Source: Spirochaetia bacterium
Lineage (GTDB): Bacteria > Spirochaetota > Spirochaetia > WTKD01 > G963693115
DNA: 64,000 nucleotides
Direction of reading: 5' to 3'
Assembly (NCBI GenBank): GCA_965226055.1
Contig: CBDDCA010000006.1
Location: 893,440 to 957,439, forward strand
The notes under the pieces were generated by a model. That model did not search any database. It was not told where the DNA came from and saw only the letters and a list, made by a program, of their open reading frames with translations. Of the stretch, positions 21,005 to 31,572 are shown piece after piece. The position numbers and the translations under genes were made by a program. Position 1 is the first letter of the stretch. Every line of letters begins with the position of its first letter.

Positions 21005-22039
21005 TTAGAACTGTAATTGTTGTAGCAATGGCTGGTTATTCCAAAGCCAGCTATGTTCTGAAAATATTTGTATATTCATATCCCAGTTAGTAGAGAAAGT
21101 GTTTCCTAATAATCTTTGATGTTTTTTGTTAGGAAAAAATTCTTTTTGTGTTTCAAGAAGTTTTTTTTGTGTTGTTGTTTGAAAAAGCCAGTTTATAAAG
21201 AATTTTGCATCGTTTTTATGTTGAGAATTTTTTCCTATTCCTATATAAGAGTTCGATACTGTTTGAATTTGTCCATTATGTAAGGTAAATAAAAAATAAT
21301 AAAATGTATCTTGAATATCTAAAGGAAGGTTGAAGAAAAAATTACTTGTGACTAATTTGTATATAATATTGTCGTGTTGTAATTGGGCTATATATGAAAC
21401 AGGAGTAAAATGTTTACGATATAATGAGATATATTCTTGATAATCTTCAAAGCTCTGTTCTATCCAGTTGTTATACGCTTCTTGAGATTGAAACAGTTGC
21501 TTAAATATGTCTGTCATCTCTGGAACAAACCCAAAAGTTGGTAATGTCTTAGTTGATACTATAGTATGTTGTTTTGTGAGTGTTTGTAAAGTGCTAAGAG
21601 AAATTCTTGCTTCAGAAGGAGGGGTTGTTAAGGATGATTTTTTTACTATGAGTAACGGTATCGAAAAAGATATGAGATGCATATTTTCTGCTGTTTGTTT
21701 TATTGTGGATTCAGCAGTATATTTCTCTGTTATTGTGTTTAATGTAAAAGGGGTGTTATCTATGGTTGATTGTTTAAGAATAAGTACATCTGCATTTGAT
21801 AGTTGTGTATTATTTGAGAGTTGAATAGGAATAATGTTTTTATTTGGATATTGAGAAATATATAGATTGATTGCAAACACTGCTTCAGGAATATCATACA
21901 GTATCTGTACTGTATTTTTTTCGTTGTTCTTTGTAGTACCACCACCACAGGAAAATAAAAACAGTATAGCAACAAGCATAGGTATATACCGTGCTTTACA
22001 ATGTGATTGTATGTAAAATGCTGTGTGTTTCAGTTGCAT
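21005..22039 (-). CDS. Putative lipoprotein, divergent solute-binding-protein-like
   Basis: Lipobox LFS-C; C-terminal YIGIGKNSQHKNDAKFFINWL resembles the end of extracellular solute-binding proteins. Confidence 0.55.
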   Translation of the reverse strand: MQLKHTAFYIQSHCKARYIPMLVAILFLFSCGGGTTKNNEKNTVQILYDIPEAVFAINLYISQYPNKNIIPIQLSNNTQLSNADVLILKQSTIDNTPFTLNTITEKYTAESTIKQTAENMHLISFSIPLLIVKKSSLTTPPSEARISLSTLQTLTKQHTIVSTKTLPTFGFVPEMTDIFKQLFQSQEAYNNWIEQSFEDYQEYISLYRKHFTPVSYIAQLQHDNIIYKLVTSNFFFNLPLDIQDTFYYFLFTLHNGQIQTVSNSYIGIGKNSQHKNDAKFFINWLFQTTTQKKLLETQKEFFPNKKHQRLLGNTFSTNWDMNIQIFSEHSWLWNNQPLLQQLQF

Positions 22040-22071
22040 AGGTATTATGTTATTTGCTATCAGTAAAAGAA

Positions 22072-23370
22072 CTATATAATTGATTGTTGTGCTTGTTCGT
22101 ATACTTTATGCAGTACATGAGGAATATCTTCTTCTTCTACTGAAGCAAAGGTAAAACGTAATAGGTTATCAATTTGAATAAGCGCTATTTTTTCTTTTTC
22201 TAGTAATGCTGTACGCAATTTTTTTGCAGAAATAGTATTGCAATTAAAGCTCATAAAATATCCTCCATTAAAATGTAATGGAGTTATAGGAGAAGAAGGA
22301 TATTTTTTTGTAAGTTCTTTCAGTGTTGATTTTACAATAGCATATTTTGATTTTAGTTCATTAAACACAGTGGCAAGTTCTTGGGGAGTATTCTGATTTT
22401 TTAGTATATCCAGAACAAGACTTTGAGACAAACGAGAAGCACTGGTAATGGTAGATCTGATAAGCCCCATAACTTTTTGTTCAAGAGCATGGATGATGGC
22501 ATCGCTAAGCTGTGGGTTACCAAATGTGATAAAGCCAACTCGAAATCCCCATACTAATAATTCTTTTGTTGCACCGTCTATCTTTATTGCCAAGATATTT
22601 TCATGAAGAGATGATAGATGAGAAAATAATGATGTTTTCATAGTATCATCGTCATAGAACATAGAAAAATATGCATCATCACAGAGAATAACTATTGGTA
22701 TTCCTTGTTTTGCAAATTCTGCTATAGTAGTACATACTTTTTCTATGTCTTTTTGTAATAGACATTGACCAGTAGGGTTGTTTGGAAAATTTAGCATAAG
22801 TATAATCTTTTGTTGTTTTTGTGCTACTTGTTCTAAGGTATGTTTGAAAGTATTCGCTTGAAAATGCCCTTGTGTGTCAAACATAGTACAGCGCTTTATG
22901 GTTGCTTCTCTATATGTTTCTACAATATGCTCATAATTGTCCCAAATATACTCCTGTGTTATAACTGTATCGTCTCTGTTGATAAATAAGGAAGATGCTA
23001 TATGAATACTATGGGTAAGTCCTGAGCTTACAATAGGAAGGCTTATATGCGATGTATTGAGAGCAGGGTTTAGTGCTAATTGATGTTGTTGCCAGCTATT
23101 GCGCAGTTCTGGAATGCCTGCCACAGGGGCGTACGCAACAATATCTTTTGCTTCCATTGATGGTATTTTTTCCTTTATAGTACTAAGCATAATAGGAGAC
23201 ATATGTTTTAATGCCATGCCTGCAGTAGCTTTTATACTTGCTTGCTTAGATTGTTCTGTTTGAGCTACAATGCCTTGGGGAAAATACATACGTTTTCCCA
23301 GCGAAGAAAGTAGCTTACTTGATACATGGTTTTCTAATGTTTTATTTAATGTTATTGCTATTTCGTTCAT
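22072..23370 (-). CDS. PLP-dependent aminotransferase class I/II
   Basis: LNFPNNPTG, CDDAYF, KIDGATKE..WGFRVGF. Confidence 0.9.
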   Translation of the reverse strand: MNEIAITLNKTLENHVSSKLLSSLGKRMYFPQGIVAQTEQSKQASIKATAGMALKHMSPIMLSTIKEKIPSMEAKDIVAYAPVAGIPELRNSWQQHQLALNPALNTSHISLPIVSSGLTHSIHIASSLFINRDDTVITQEYIWDNYEHIVETYREATIKRCTMFDTQGHFQANTFKHTLEQVAQKQQKIILMLNFPNNPTGQCLLQKDIEKVCTTIAEFAKQGIPIVILCDDAYFSMFYDDDTMKTSLFSHLSSLHENILAIKIDGATKELLVWGFRVGFITFGNPQLSDAIIHALEQKVMGLIRSTITSASRLSQSLVLDILKNQNTPQELATVFNELKSKYAIVKSTLKELTKKYPSSPITPLHFNGGYFMSFNCNTISAKKLRTALLEKEKIALIQIDNLLRFTFASVEEEDIPHVLHKVYEQAQQSII

Positions 23371-23402
23371 ATATTTTTCCTTTCTATATTATAATTGATT
23401 AT

Positions 23403-23609
23403 GTGAATTCACAAAAACCAAATTGCTTACAGTGTATGTATTTTAGGGTAACTTGGGATAAAGCGTTTCCTCGTAGTTGTGTAAAGTTTAATTTCAAGTG
23501 CAAAGAATTTCCTTCGGAAGTAGTATTAAGAAGTTCGGGACAGCCATGTCCTTTTTTTGTTCAGAAGTTTATGAATGCTTCTCATACACATCCCAAGCAT
23601 GAAGAATAA
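23403..23609 (+). CDS. Small Cys-rich conserved protein
   Basis: NCLQCMYFRVTWDKAFPRSCVKFNFK...PSEVV..SSGQPCPFF; likely GTG start 7 nt after TATAAT. Confidence 0.65.
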   Translation: MNSQKPNCLQCMYFRVTWDKAFPRSCVKFNFKCKEFPSEVVLRSSGQPCPFFVQKFMNASHTHPKHEE

Positions 23610-24555
23610 TATCTTCAATATCATATTGTGGTGTCCAATGTAACATTTTTTTTGCTAATACTGATTTTGCGTATAATGATTCTACATCGCCTTTACGACG
23701 TTCACTAAAATTCATAGGGATGGTTCTCTGTGATACTTTTACTGTCATATCATATACTTCTTTCGTTGAAAATCCTTTTCCTGTTCCTAAGTTGAGTTCT
23801 ATTGATTTTTGTTTCTCTTTCAAATATTGCAGAGAGAGAACATGTGCTTGTGCAAGATCGCTTACGTGAATATAGTCTCTGATACAAGTTCCATCAGGAG
23901 TATTATAATCGTTGCCAAATATATTAAATTTTTTTCTTTTTTTTAGGGCAGTTTCAAGAATAACAGGAATAAGATTTTCAGGTTTTTGTTCTATGATGCC
24001 CCAATCTACCTCTGGTTCATGTCCTGCTGCATTAAAATAACGTAATGCAGAGTAATAAAATGGAGGATTTTCGCTTTTTGAATACCAATAAAGAAGTTTT
24101 TCAATGATGAGTTTTGTTTCTCCATAATAGTTAACAGGAAACTTTACATGTTCTTCATCGATAGGGAGATAATGTGGGATACCAAATACTGCAGCACTAG
24201 AAGAAAATACAAAATATGAAATGCCATGCTCCAGCATTGCATTGAGAATATTTATAGTTCCTAGTATATTTGTATTGGTGTATTCTTGTATATGACTAAA
24301 TGAAGTGCTTACTGATTTTAAGGCAGCAAGATGAATAATAGCATCAGGATTAAATGATTTTATTGCTTTGTGTATAGCATTTGTATCACAGATATCTTCT
24401 TTTACAAATTTTGTTTTGTTTAGGAGAGAAGTTTTTATTCCATTTGATAAATTATCATATACCATTACTTGATAATTATGTTTGAGTAAAGAATATACCA
24501 CATGGGTACCAATATATCCTGCTCCACCTGTTACTAATACTTTAGATATGCTCAT
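23569..24555 (-). CDS. galE: UDP-glucose 4-epimerase
   Basis: VLVTGGAGYIGTH, FSSSAAVFG, YGETK, LRYFNAAG, DGTCIRDYIHVSDLA. Confidence 0.95.
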   Translation of the reverse strand: MSISKVLVTGGAGYIGTHVVYSLLKHNYQVMVYDNLSNGIKTSLLNKTKFVKEDICDTNAIHKAIKSFNPDAIIHLAALKSVSTSFSHIQEYTNTNILGTINILNAMLEHGISYFVFSSSAAVFGIPHYLPIDEEHVKFPVNYYGETKLIIEKLLYWYSKSENPPFYYSALRYFNAAGHEPEVDWGIIEQKPENLIPVILETALKKRKKFNIFGNDYNTPDGTCIRDYIHVSDLAQAHVLSLQYLKEKQKSIELNLGTGKGFSTKEVYDMTVKVSQRTIPMNFSERRKGDVESLYAKSVLAKKMLHWTPQYDIEDIILHAWDVYEKHS

Positions 24556-24573
24556 GTTTGTTTACCTCTTTTT

Positions 24574-25560
24574 TTACCATTCTAATAATATACCTCCACA
24601 AGTAAGTCCTGCACCAAAGCCTACTAACAGTATTTTCATGCCTCGTGTTATTTTGTCTTGATGTAAGACTCCTGATAATGCAATAGGAATAGATGCTGCA
24701 GATGTGTTTGCATATTTGTCTATATTGATAATTACTTTTTCCATAGGAAAGCCAATTTTTTGCATGCCTTTTTGTAGCATTTTTAAGTTTGCTTGATGAG
24801 GAATAATATAATCTATAGTGTTAAGGGTAAGATGGCTTTTGTCTACAATGCTATGGATAGTGGTTTCTAACATTTTAAGTGCAATTTGGTATACTTTTCT
24901 GCCGTCCATAGAGAGAGCTGATGGTGTTGTAGCTCCTTGATGAATATTTCTACGAGCACTTCCTCCTTGTTTTCGTATGAGAGAAGAGTATTCTTGCGGA
25001 GCTGTCATAAGATGACGAGAGATGATATTACTAGAACCAGAGAATTTAGAGCTTATGATTGATGCTCCTGCACCATCACCAAATAGAATGCATGTTGTTC
25101 TATCTTTCCAATCAATAATGGAAGAAAAAATTTCAGTTCCAACAACGAGTGCAGTATCTACCATTCCAGAAGAAATAGCATCTATTGCAGTAGAACACCC
25201 AAAAATAAACCCAGAACAAGCAGCAGTAATATCAAAAGAAAAGCAGTGTTCAATGCCAAGTTTGTGTTGTAACACGCATGCTGTTGCAGGAAAACTTAAA
25301 TAATCAGGAGTAGAAGTAGCAACTATGATCATTTGAATATCATCTTTGCTGATATTTGCATGTTGTATTGCTTTTAATGTGGCATGATATGCAAGGTCTG
25401 AGGCTGCAGTATCAGAGTCTGCTATATATCGCGTTTTAATGCCAGTATGTTCCTGTATCCATTCATCGGAAGTATCTATTTCTTGTGCAATATCATTATT
25501 AGATACCTTTCTCAATGGGGTAAAGGATGCAGTAGAGAGAAAACGAATATTACTATTCAT
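24574..25560 (-). CDS. fabH: 3-oxoacyl-ACP synthase III
   Basis: DTSDEWI, AACSGF, ILFGDGAGA, PHQAN, NTSAASIP, GFGAGLT. Confidence 0.95.
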   Translation of the reverse strand: MNSNIRFLSTASFTPLRKVSNNDIAQEIDTSDEWIQEHTGIKTRYIADSDTAASDLAYHATLKAIQHANISKDDIQMIIVATSTPDYLSFPATACVLQHKLGIEHCFSFDITAACSGFIFGCSTAIDAISSGMVDTALVVGTEIFSSIIDWKDRTTCILFGDGAGASIISSKFSGSSNIISRHLMTAPQEYSSLIRKQGGSARRNIHQGATTPSALSMDGRKVYQIALKMLETTIHSIVDKSHLTLNTIDYIIPHQANLKMLQKGMQKIGFPMEKVIINIDKYANTSAASIPIALSGVLHQDKITRGMKILLVGFGAGLTCGGILLEW

Positions 25561-25939
25561 AGCGTATCATTGACTATTATAGTGTATTTTTTATATTATT
25601 GTCTAGCTTTTTGTTTCCTGTAGAGGGATTAAAATCATTGAAAAAGTAGTGCATTCTCAAAAGAAAATAAAAAATACAGTATAGAGTGTGAAAAAATTTC
25701 TAGTCAATACAGAGTATTGTGTTATGAGAAGGAAAAGAAAAAAAAGAAAATAGATCTGTTATTATTTCGTTCTATATCACAGGATATATATGACACCTCT
25801 CAAGAGGAAGTATGCAGAACGAATGATATTTTAGCAATTTTTAATACTATACTGCTTGAAGTTCGTGATGAGCAAGAATTTATTTATAATTGTAGAGAAG
25901 CAATTTTGAGGGATTGTTCCTCAAAAAAGCGATAATTGT

Positions 25940-27226
25940 CTAATGTCTTCGTAATAATTTTAGACTGGGAATATTGCGTATATTTCTTGCAGGAATCCAT
26001 GAGGCAAATACAGAAAGTATTAATACCAGTGTGATGATAGTAATGAGATTTGCAGGATACAGCTTAAACTCAATCTCTGTAAGATAGAATTCGGGGTTTA
26101 GTATGGAAATAGGATGATCAAACCCAAGTAATGTTCTAATACCGTTGATACTTATATCTATGATTTTTACAAGGTAATTTACTTGAGAGGCAAGAAAAGT
26201 GCCAATGATGCATCCCACGATAGACCCTACAAAACTGTTGATGAGGCCTTGTAGTATAATTTGTTGTTCTATTTTTGCAGGATTAGCCCCAATAGCTTTT
26301 AATGTGGCAATTTCAATTTCTAAGTCTATTACCCTCATTCCTATTGCTGACGATAATGTGATGACTGCCAATAGTACTGCAATGAGCATAGCAATAAATA
26401 AGAGAGATTTTGTACTTAAAAAGAGAGAAAATTTACTTTGGTTTAATTCAAACCAAGTGTAGGTAGTACCATTGTCCGAGACGAGTCTTTCTATTTCTCG
26501 TAGTATTCTTTCTCCTCTGTCTCTGTGATATTTGCTTTTTTGTACCAATGAATTTCTAAAGATAAATGGATCTTCTACTTTGATACCAATGTCCCATACT
26601 TGTTCTTGAGTGAGCAATAAAGATTGTAGCGTATCACTTTTCATAAATACCCAGCTTTTATCGAGTTCTTCATATCCTGTGCTTACTATACCCGTTATTT
26701 TAGCACGAGAGATTCTTGGAAGTCGGTTTTCTCCCTTAAAGTTAGAAGTTAAAAAAAGTACTGTATCGCCTACAGATACTTGTAGTTGTTTTGAAATGGC
26801 ACTACCAATGATAATGGAGTTTTTCTCTTCTAAATGTGTGCTGCCTTCTATGAGTGTAAGATAGGTGTGTATTCCTTGTTCTTCAAAAAAACGTTCTGTT
26901 ATTCCACGAAAAGTAACTCCTATTTTTTTATTGTTATTTTGTAGTATTCCTACTCCTTTTAGTTCTTGATACGCAAATGTTATATATGGTTCTTGTTGCA
27001 ATGTATTGGTAAGGGTAGTTACGGTGGAGGACTCTGTGGTGTTTACTTTTACTCGTACATGAGCACTGTCTGTTTCAATAATTCTGCGAGAAATTCCTTC
27101 TATCATACTATCAGCTATTTGTTGTACCATTACAAGTGGAATGATCGCTATAGCAATAATAATCCATACTGAACTGTTTTTTGTAAATGAGGTAGCCCAT
27201 ATTTTTTTGAAAAATGAATATTTCAT
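25940..27226 (-). CDS. LolC/E-family ABC permease (FtsX-like)
   Basis: Large periplasmic loop, EIATLKAIGA, C-terminal TM helices ending WIPARN. Confidence 0.8.
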   Translation of the reverse strand: MKYSFFKKIWATSFTKNSSVWIIIAIAIIPLVMVQQIADSMIEGISRRIIETDSAHVRVKVNTTESSTVTTLTNTLQQEPYITFAYQELKGVGILQNNNKKIGVTFRGITERFFEEQGIHTYLTLIEGSTHLEEKNSIIIGSAISKQLQVSVGDTVLFLTSNFKGENRLPRISRAKITGIVSTGYEELDKSWVFMKSDTLQSLLLTQEQVWDIGIKVEDPFIFRNSLVQKSKYHRDRGERILREIERLVSDNGTTYTWFELNQSKFSLFLSTKSLLFIAMLIAVLLAVITLSSAIGMRVIDLEIEIATLKAIGANPAKIEQQIILQGLINSFVGSIVGCIIGTFLASQVNYLVKIIDISINGIRTLLGFDHPISILNPEFYLTEIEFKLYPANLITIITLVLILSVFASWIPARNIRNIPSLKLLRRH

Positions 27227-27963
27227 GGCATAAATTTTTTATTTAGTATTTTTCCTTTTAGTTTTCCATCAAACATATGACAGTGAATGTCTGCAATAGA
27301 AAGAAAATCTTTGTCATGTGTTGCTACAATTAATGTTGTATTTTGGAAACTGACAAGTTCACTGAGGATATCACGTATCATTGTTGAGTTTTTTGAATCT
27401 AATGCTCCTGTTGGTTCATCTGCAAGCACTAAGGTAGGATTTGTTATTAAGGCACGTGCTATTGAAGTTCGTTGACATTCTCCTCCAGATAGTTGGGAAG
27501 GATAGTGATTTGCTCTCTGTTTGATGCCAATTTTATATAACATTTCGTTTGCAATGGGGATAGCTTTGTCTTTTTTTTCTCCTAACATAAGGAGGGGTAT
27601 CATGACATTTTCAAGAGCAGTAAGATCTGATAAAAGATAATGATATTGAAAAACAAAACCAATATGTTTAAGTCGAAAAGCTGCTTTCTTTTTTTCGTCT
27701 AAATCACTGATAACAGTATCGTTGATGATTATTTGCCCTTCATCAATGGTGTCTAGTCCTGCTATAGTACTCAATAGAGTTGTTTTTCCTGATCCACTTT
27801 CTCCAGTAATGATTGTTTTTGATCCTGCAAATAGTCTTGTGGATATTTCGTCAATAACAGTGATCATTAATTTTTCTTTTTGAAATGATTTTTTCACTGA
27901 AAGCAGTTTGAGAATTGTTTCAGGAGAATTATTATGTGATGTTTGAAGGTTATATTTATTCAT
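27223..27963 (-). CDS. lolD: Lipoprotein-releasing ABC transporter ATP-binding protein
   Basis: GESGSGKTT, GFVFQYHYLL, LSGGECQR, LADEPTGALD, VATHD. Confidence 0.85.
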   Translation of the reverse strand: MNKYNLQTSHNNSPETILKLLSVKKSFQKEKLMITVIDEISTRLFAGSKTIITGESGSGKTTLLSTIAGLDTIDEGQIIINDTVISDLDEKKKAAFRLKHIGFVFQYHYLLSDLTALENVMIPLLMLGEKKDKAIPIANEMLYKIGIKQRANHYPSQLSGGECQRTSIARALITNPTLVLADEPTGALDSKNSTMIRDILSELVSFQNTTLIVATHDKDFLSIADIHCHMFDGKLKGKILNKKFMP

Positions 27964-29149
27964 ATCGAATTATTTGTGAAGGAGATATTTTGTTTACTGA
28001 TTTTACTATACTAATACTTGTAAGAAATAACAAGAAGAGTGTAAATACTGTTGTGTATATTATATCTGTTATACTGGATACGACAATAGTGCTGGTATCG
28101 ACATCTATGTATAAGTGAAAGGTTTGAGCTAACCATTGAGAAATATAAGAGAAATAGTGGAGAAACAATAATCCTAAGAAGATTCCTATTGTACACCCTA
28201 GAATACCAACAACAACTGTTTCTCCTATAAACCAGTTTTGTATATGTTTTCTATTACTCCCAATAGTTCTTAACGCTACAATTTCTTCTCGTTTTCGGTT
28301 AATTCTTCGTAGCATAGAAAACCGAAAATGTAAAATAATAACACAGAAAATTGCCGCTAACATGAGAAATAGCATAATTTTTTCCGTTCTTAGTGCAATA
28401 TAAAATGAGTTATTGCTTTCTTCCCAAGTACTAATATTACTCAGTACCGTCTCAAGATTGTTTCGTACGGTATTGTTTTTCTTTGCTCGTATACCAAAGC
28501 TGACTGTAGTTGGTGATTGTTTTTGTTGTGTAAGATAATATTGTAATGGGAGGAATATCCAATGTGCGTTATATTTTTGTGTTATTGAAAAAATATCGGA
28601 AATAAGTATATCAAACTGTACTGGAACAAATCCAAGTGTTTCTCCAGGTACTGTGATATTGACTTCATCATCACGTTGGATAATAAGTTGTTTTGAAATA
28701 GTATATCCTATAAGAGCAGAGGATGTTTCTTCATAAGCGTATTGAGGGTATTTGTTATGTAAGAGTTTCATTTTAGTAAATAATTCTTTGTCTTTCAAAA
28801 ATGAGTTAAAATCAGCGGCACGAATATTTACTACATGAGAACGTCCTTGATGTTCTAAAATAGCAAATTGGTCTATAAATGCAGTGGCATATGTTACTCC
28901 TTCTATGCTTAAAATTTCTTTTGTTATATTTGCTATATTTTTGCTGTCATCTATAACGATAGAGCCTCGGTAATCGTATGTTTCAACAAGTATAAGTTTT
29001 TCTATAAGTAATGCCTGCATGCCGTTCATGATGCCTGATATGGAAATGATACTAAATATTCCTATTGCTATACCTATTATCGTTAAAATAAGTGAGATAT
29101 TCTGTTTTCTTATTCGAAAAATAGAGCGAAAAGCTAAAAAAAATGTCAT
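27956..29149 (-). CDS. LolC/E-family ABC permease
   Basis: GIAIGIFSIISISGIMNG, ALRTEKIMLF, KREEIVALRTIG. Confidence 0.82.
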   Translation of the reverse strand: MTFFLAFRSIFRIRKQNISLILTIIGIAIGIFSIISISGIMNGMQALLIEKLILVETYDYRGSIVIDDSKNIANITKEILSIEGVTYATAFIDQFAILEHQGRSHVVNIRAADFNSFLKDKELFTKMKLLHNKYPQYAYEETSSALIGYTISKQLIIQRDDEVNITVPGETLGFVPVQFDILISDIFSITQKYNAHWIFLPLQYYLTQQKQSPTTVSFGIRAKKNNTVRNNLETVLSNISTWEESNNSFYIALRTEKIMLFLMLAAIFCVIILHFRFSMLRRINRKREEIVALRTIGSNRKHIQNWFIGETVVVGILGCTIGIFLGLLFLHYFSYISQWLAQTFHLYIDVDTSTIVVSSITDIIYTTVFTLFLLFLTSISIVKSVNKISPSQIIRYE

Positions 29150-29167
29150 ATATTATAGTTCGTACTT

Positions 29168-30676
29168 TTACTGGCGAATTTCAGCTACTCTTCCGTTTTT
29201 AAGTACTTCTTCTTTTATTTTACTATTTTCTTGATAATATATTTTTAATATTGGTTCATTCTTAAAATAGAAAATTTCTTGTTTTTCTTCGTTATTACTG
29301 TACACCACTTCGTATTCTAGTTCGCCATTCAAGTAGTATTTTTCTTTTGTCAGTATTCCTTCATCATTATACTGAGAGATAGTGATGCGCTCGTTTAGTA
29401 TATCTCTATTTCTCACTCCTGTAGTTTCTCCTCTCTCATTGTAACGAAAATTTTCTTCATACAATAAATCAAGCTCTTGTTCTTTTGGTAATGGCCCTAG
29501 TACTGAGTCTTGAGCAACTGTTATAGTGGTGTTGGGATCTATGGTTTGAGTATCTGTGGGTATAGTATCAGAGTCTCTAATAGAGTATACTTTTTTTAGT
29601 GTTATTTTACCATTACGGTAATTATTTTCTGTGTATAATTTCTGTGTATACTCCACTTCAATCTTTGAAATAAGAGTGCCTTTTTTTGTGTACTGATTAC
29701 GTTCATCGTATTCTATTTTACCATTTCGATTGCGTATTTGTTTTTCTGATAAATCTCCTCCTAATGTATAGCGAAGTACATAGGATGATCCATCTTTATC
29801 TTGATAAAATACTTCTTTTAATCCACCAGTCGAGAAATAGTAGATAAAACGTTCAATAGTGCCATTGACATGATTTCGTATAAGGCGTTGTAACGCTCCT
29901 TTACTTGTGTATACATATTGTTCTGTAAACAGCTTTTGTCTTGTAGTATTGAATCGAAATAGGTTTTCTTTTCTTTTGTTTTCGTCAAGAATGGCTATAT
30001 CTATGAAAAGAGGAATACTGTTTTTGGTATCTTCTATAGACGGGATAATTTGAGGATATTGTATAGGATCGGGATTTTCATAGTCTTCTTCGGGTATCTC
30101 CTGTTGTGCTTGTTGCTCTACAGGGGGGGCGTCTACCGTTTCTGTTATTTCTAAAGAAGAGGGGAGTAACGATTCAAAGGCTTCTTTATCGGGAGGGAGT
30201 GGTTCTGTTGTTGTATTGTTTTGAGGGCTTACTTTTCTGAGATCAAAGTAAGGAACAAAGCGTACATCAAGTATTTGGTAGTTAAGTCCTCCAGTGATTC
30301 GTAAAAATAATTTTCCTTTTGTTGCTACATTAGTGCTTGGATCTGTGAATACATATTCAAAATAGGTGGTATCTTTTTCGTCTAGGTATTTAACACGGGC
30401 ATCTATGGCATTAAACCCTAAGTATTGTGTAATTGATTTTGTTTCTTCTAACCAAATTTCATAGGTTTGTGGAGCAAATGGAACATATGGGTACTGTAAA
30501 AAATATTCATTTATAAAGAATGGCCCTACGATGTTTTCAAATGGATAGATAGTATTTTTTGCAGAGAGTGTATTATATGGTAGGACAGTCATACAGAGTA
30601 ACACCAGTGTTATAGAACGTAGTATCTGAGAAGGTGTTTGTGTGGCTGTATGCTTGTGTTTGTTTTGTCTATTCAT
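29168..30676 (-). CDS. Hypothetical exported protein with Tyr/Gly-rich beta-repeat C-terminus
   Basis: Long ORF with signal-like hydrophobic segment and YxxxG repeats; start uncertain. Confidence 0.6.
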   Translation of the reverse strand: MNRQNKHKHTATQTPSQILRSITLVLLCMTVLPYNTLSAKNTIYPFENIVGPFFINEYFLQYPYVPFAPQTYEIWLEETKSITQYLGFNAIDARVKYLDEKDTTYFEYVFTDPSTNVATKGKLFLRITGGLNYQILDVRFVPYFDLRKVSPQNNTTTEPLPPDKEAFESLLPSSLEITETVDAPPVEQQAQQEIPEEDYENPDPIQYPQIIPSIEDTKNSIPLFIDIAILDENKRKENLFRFNTTRQKLFTEQYVYTSKGALQRLIRNHVNGTIERFIYYFSTGGLKEVFYQDKDGSSYVLRYTLGGDLSEKQIRNRNGKIEYDERNQYTKKGTLISKIEVEYTQKLYTENNYRNGKITLKKVYSIRDSDTIPTDTQTIDPNTTITVAQDSVLGPLPKEQELDLLYEENFRYNERGETTGVRNRDILNERITISQYNDEGILTKEKYYLNGELEYEVVYSNNEEKQEIFYFKNEPILKIYYQENSKIKEEVLKNGRVAEIRQ

Positions 30677-30692
30677 ATATATTTTTGATATT

Positions 30693-31562
30693 TTATTGTG
30701 AAACAAAGTCATGTAAAAAATCCTCTTTATTGAATGCTTGTAAATCTTGGTATTTTTCCCCTGTCCCAAGAAATGCGCAAGGGAGCTTCGTTTTGTAGCT
30801 AATGCTTGCTAAGGCACCTCCTTTTGTGCTTCCATCATATTTTGTGAGAATGGTAGCGTGTATAGGGAGGCAGGACATAAAGTCTTCTGTCTGTGTAACA
30901 GTGTTGAGACCACTGTTTCCATCGAGCGTGATAAATACTCTTATGTGTTCTTCGGAGACTAATTTGAGACATACACGATAATTTTTTTCTAATTGTTGCA
31001 TGAGATCATCTCTTGTGTGCATGCGTCCTGCAGTGTCAATGAGTATTTTTTTTATATTTTTTGCTTTTGCATGGGTGATTCCATCAAAAATTACCGCTGA
31101 GGGATCGGCTCCTTGTGTTTGTTTTATAATATTGATATTGAGATTGTTAGCATGAGTATGGAGTTGTTCTATTGCTCCTGCTCTGAATGTGTCTGCTGCA
31201 CAAAATAATAGAGATTGAGGAGTAAGTGAATAGTGGTGCATATAGGTATATGCAAGTTTTGCTGTAGTGGTGGTTTTTCCTACCCCGTTTATGCCTACCA
31301 TAAGTATCACTTCAGGATGATTGTCATGAACAGATTCTGATATTGAATATTCTTTTAGTATGGGTCTCATGAAATTTTTTATTACTTGAGTAATTTTTTC
31401 TTGGGGATCTTTGCCTAATACGCTGTTGCTCAGTTGATTAACAAGCTCATATGTGAGAGTAGGGGCAAGTCCTGCTTCTAATAATGTGTCTTCTATGTCT
31501 TCTATGTTTTTCTTTGTTTCTGAGCTTTGAAAGAGAGAAATAATTTTAGAAAAAAATCCCAT
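30693..31562 (-). CDS. ftsY: Signal recognition particle receptor FtsY (short form)
   Basis: GINGVGKTTT, DTFRAGA, DTAGR, TKYDGSTKGG; AGGAG RBS before ATG 31562. Confidence 0.95.
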   Translation of the reverse strand: MGFFSKIISLFQSSETKKNIEDIEDTLLEAGLAPTLTYELVNQLSNSVLGKDPQEKITQVIKNFMRPILKEYSISESVHDNHPEVILMVGINGVGKTTTTAKLAYTYMHHYSLTPQSLLFCAADTFRAGAIEQLHTHANNLNINIIKQTQGADPSAVIFDGITHAKAKNIKKILIDTAGRMHTRDDLMQQLEKNYRVCLKLVSEEHIRVFITLDGNSGLNTVTQTEDFMSCLPIHATILTKYDGSTKGGALASISYKTKLPCAFLGTGEKYQDLQAFNKEDFLHDFVSQ

Positions 31563-31572
31563 AGCTGTACTC

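Noticed and set aside
25717-25935. 72-aa ORF between fabH and the lolE-like gene
   Set aside because: TTG start, no RBS and no recognisable motif; cannot be supported as a gene.
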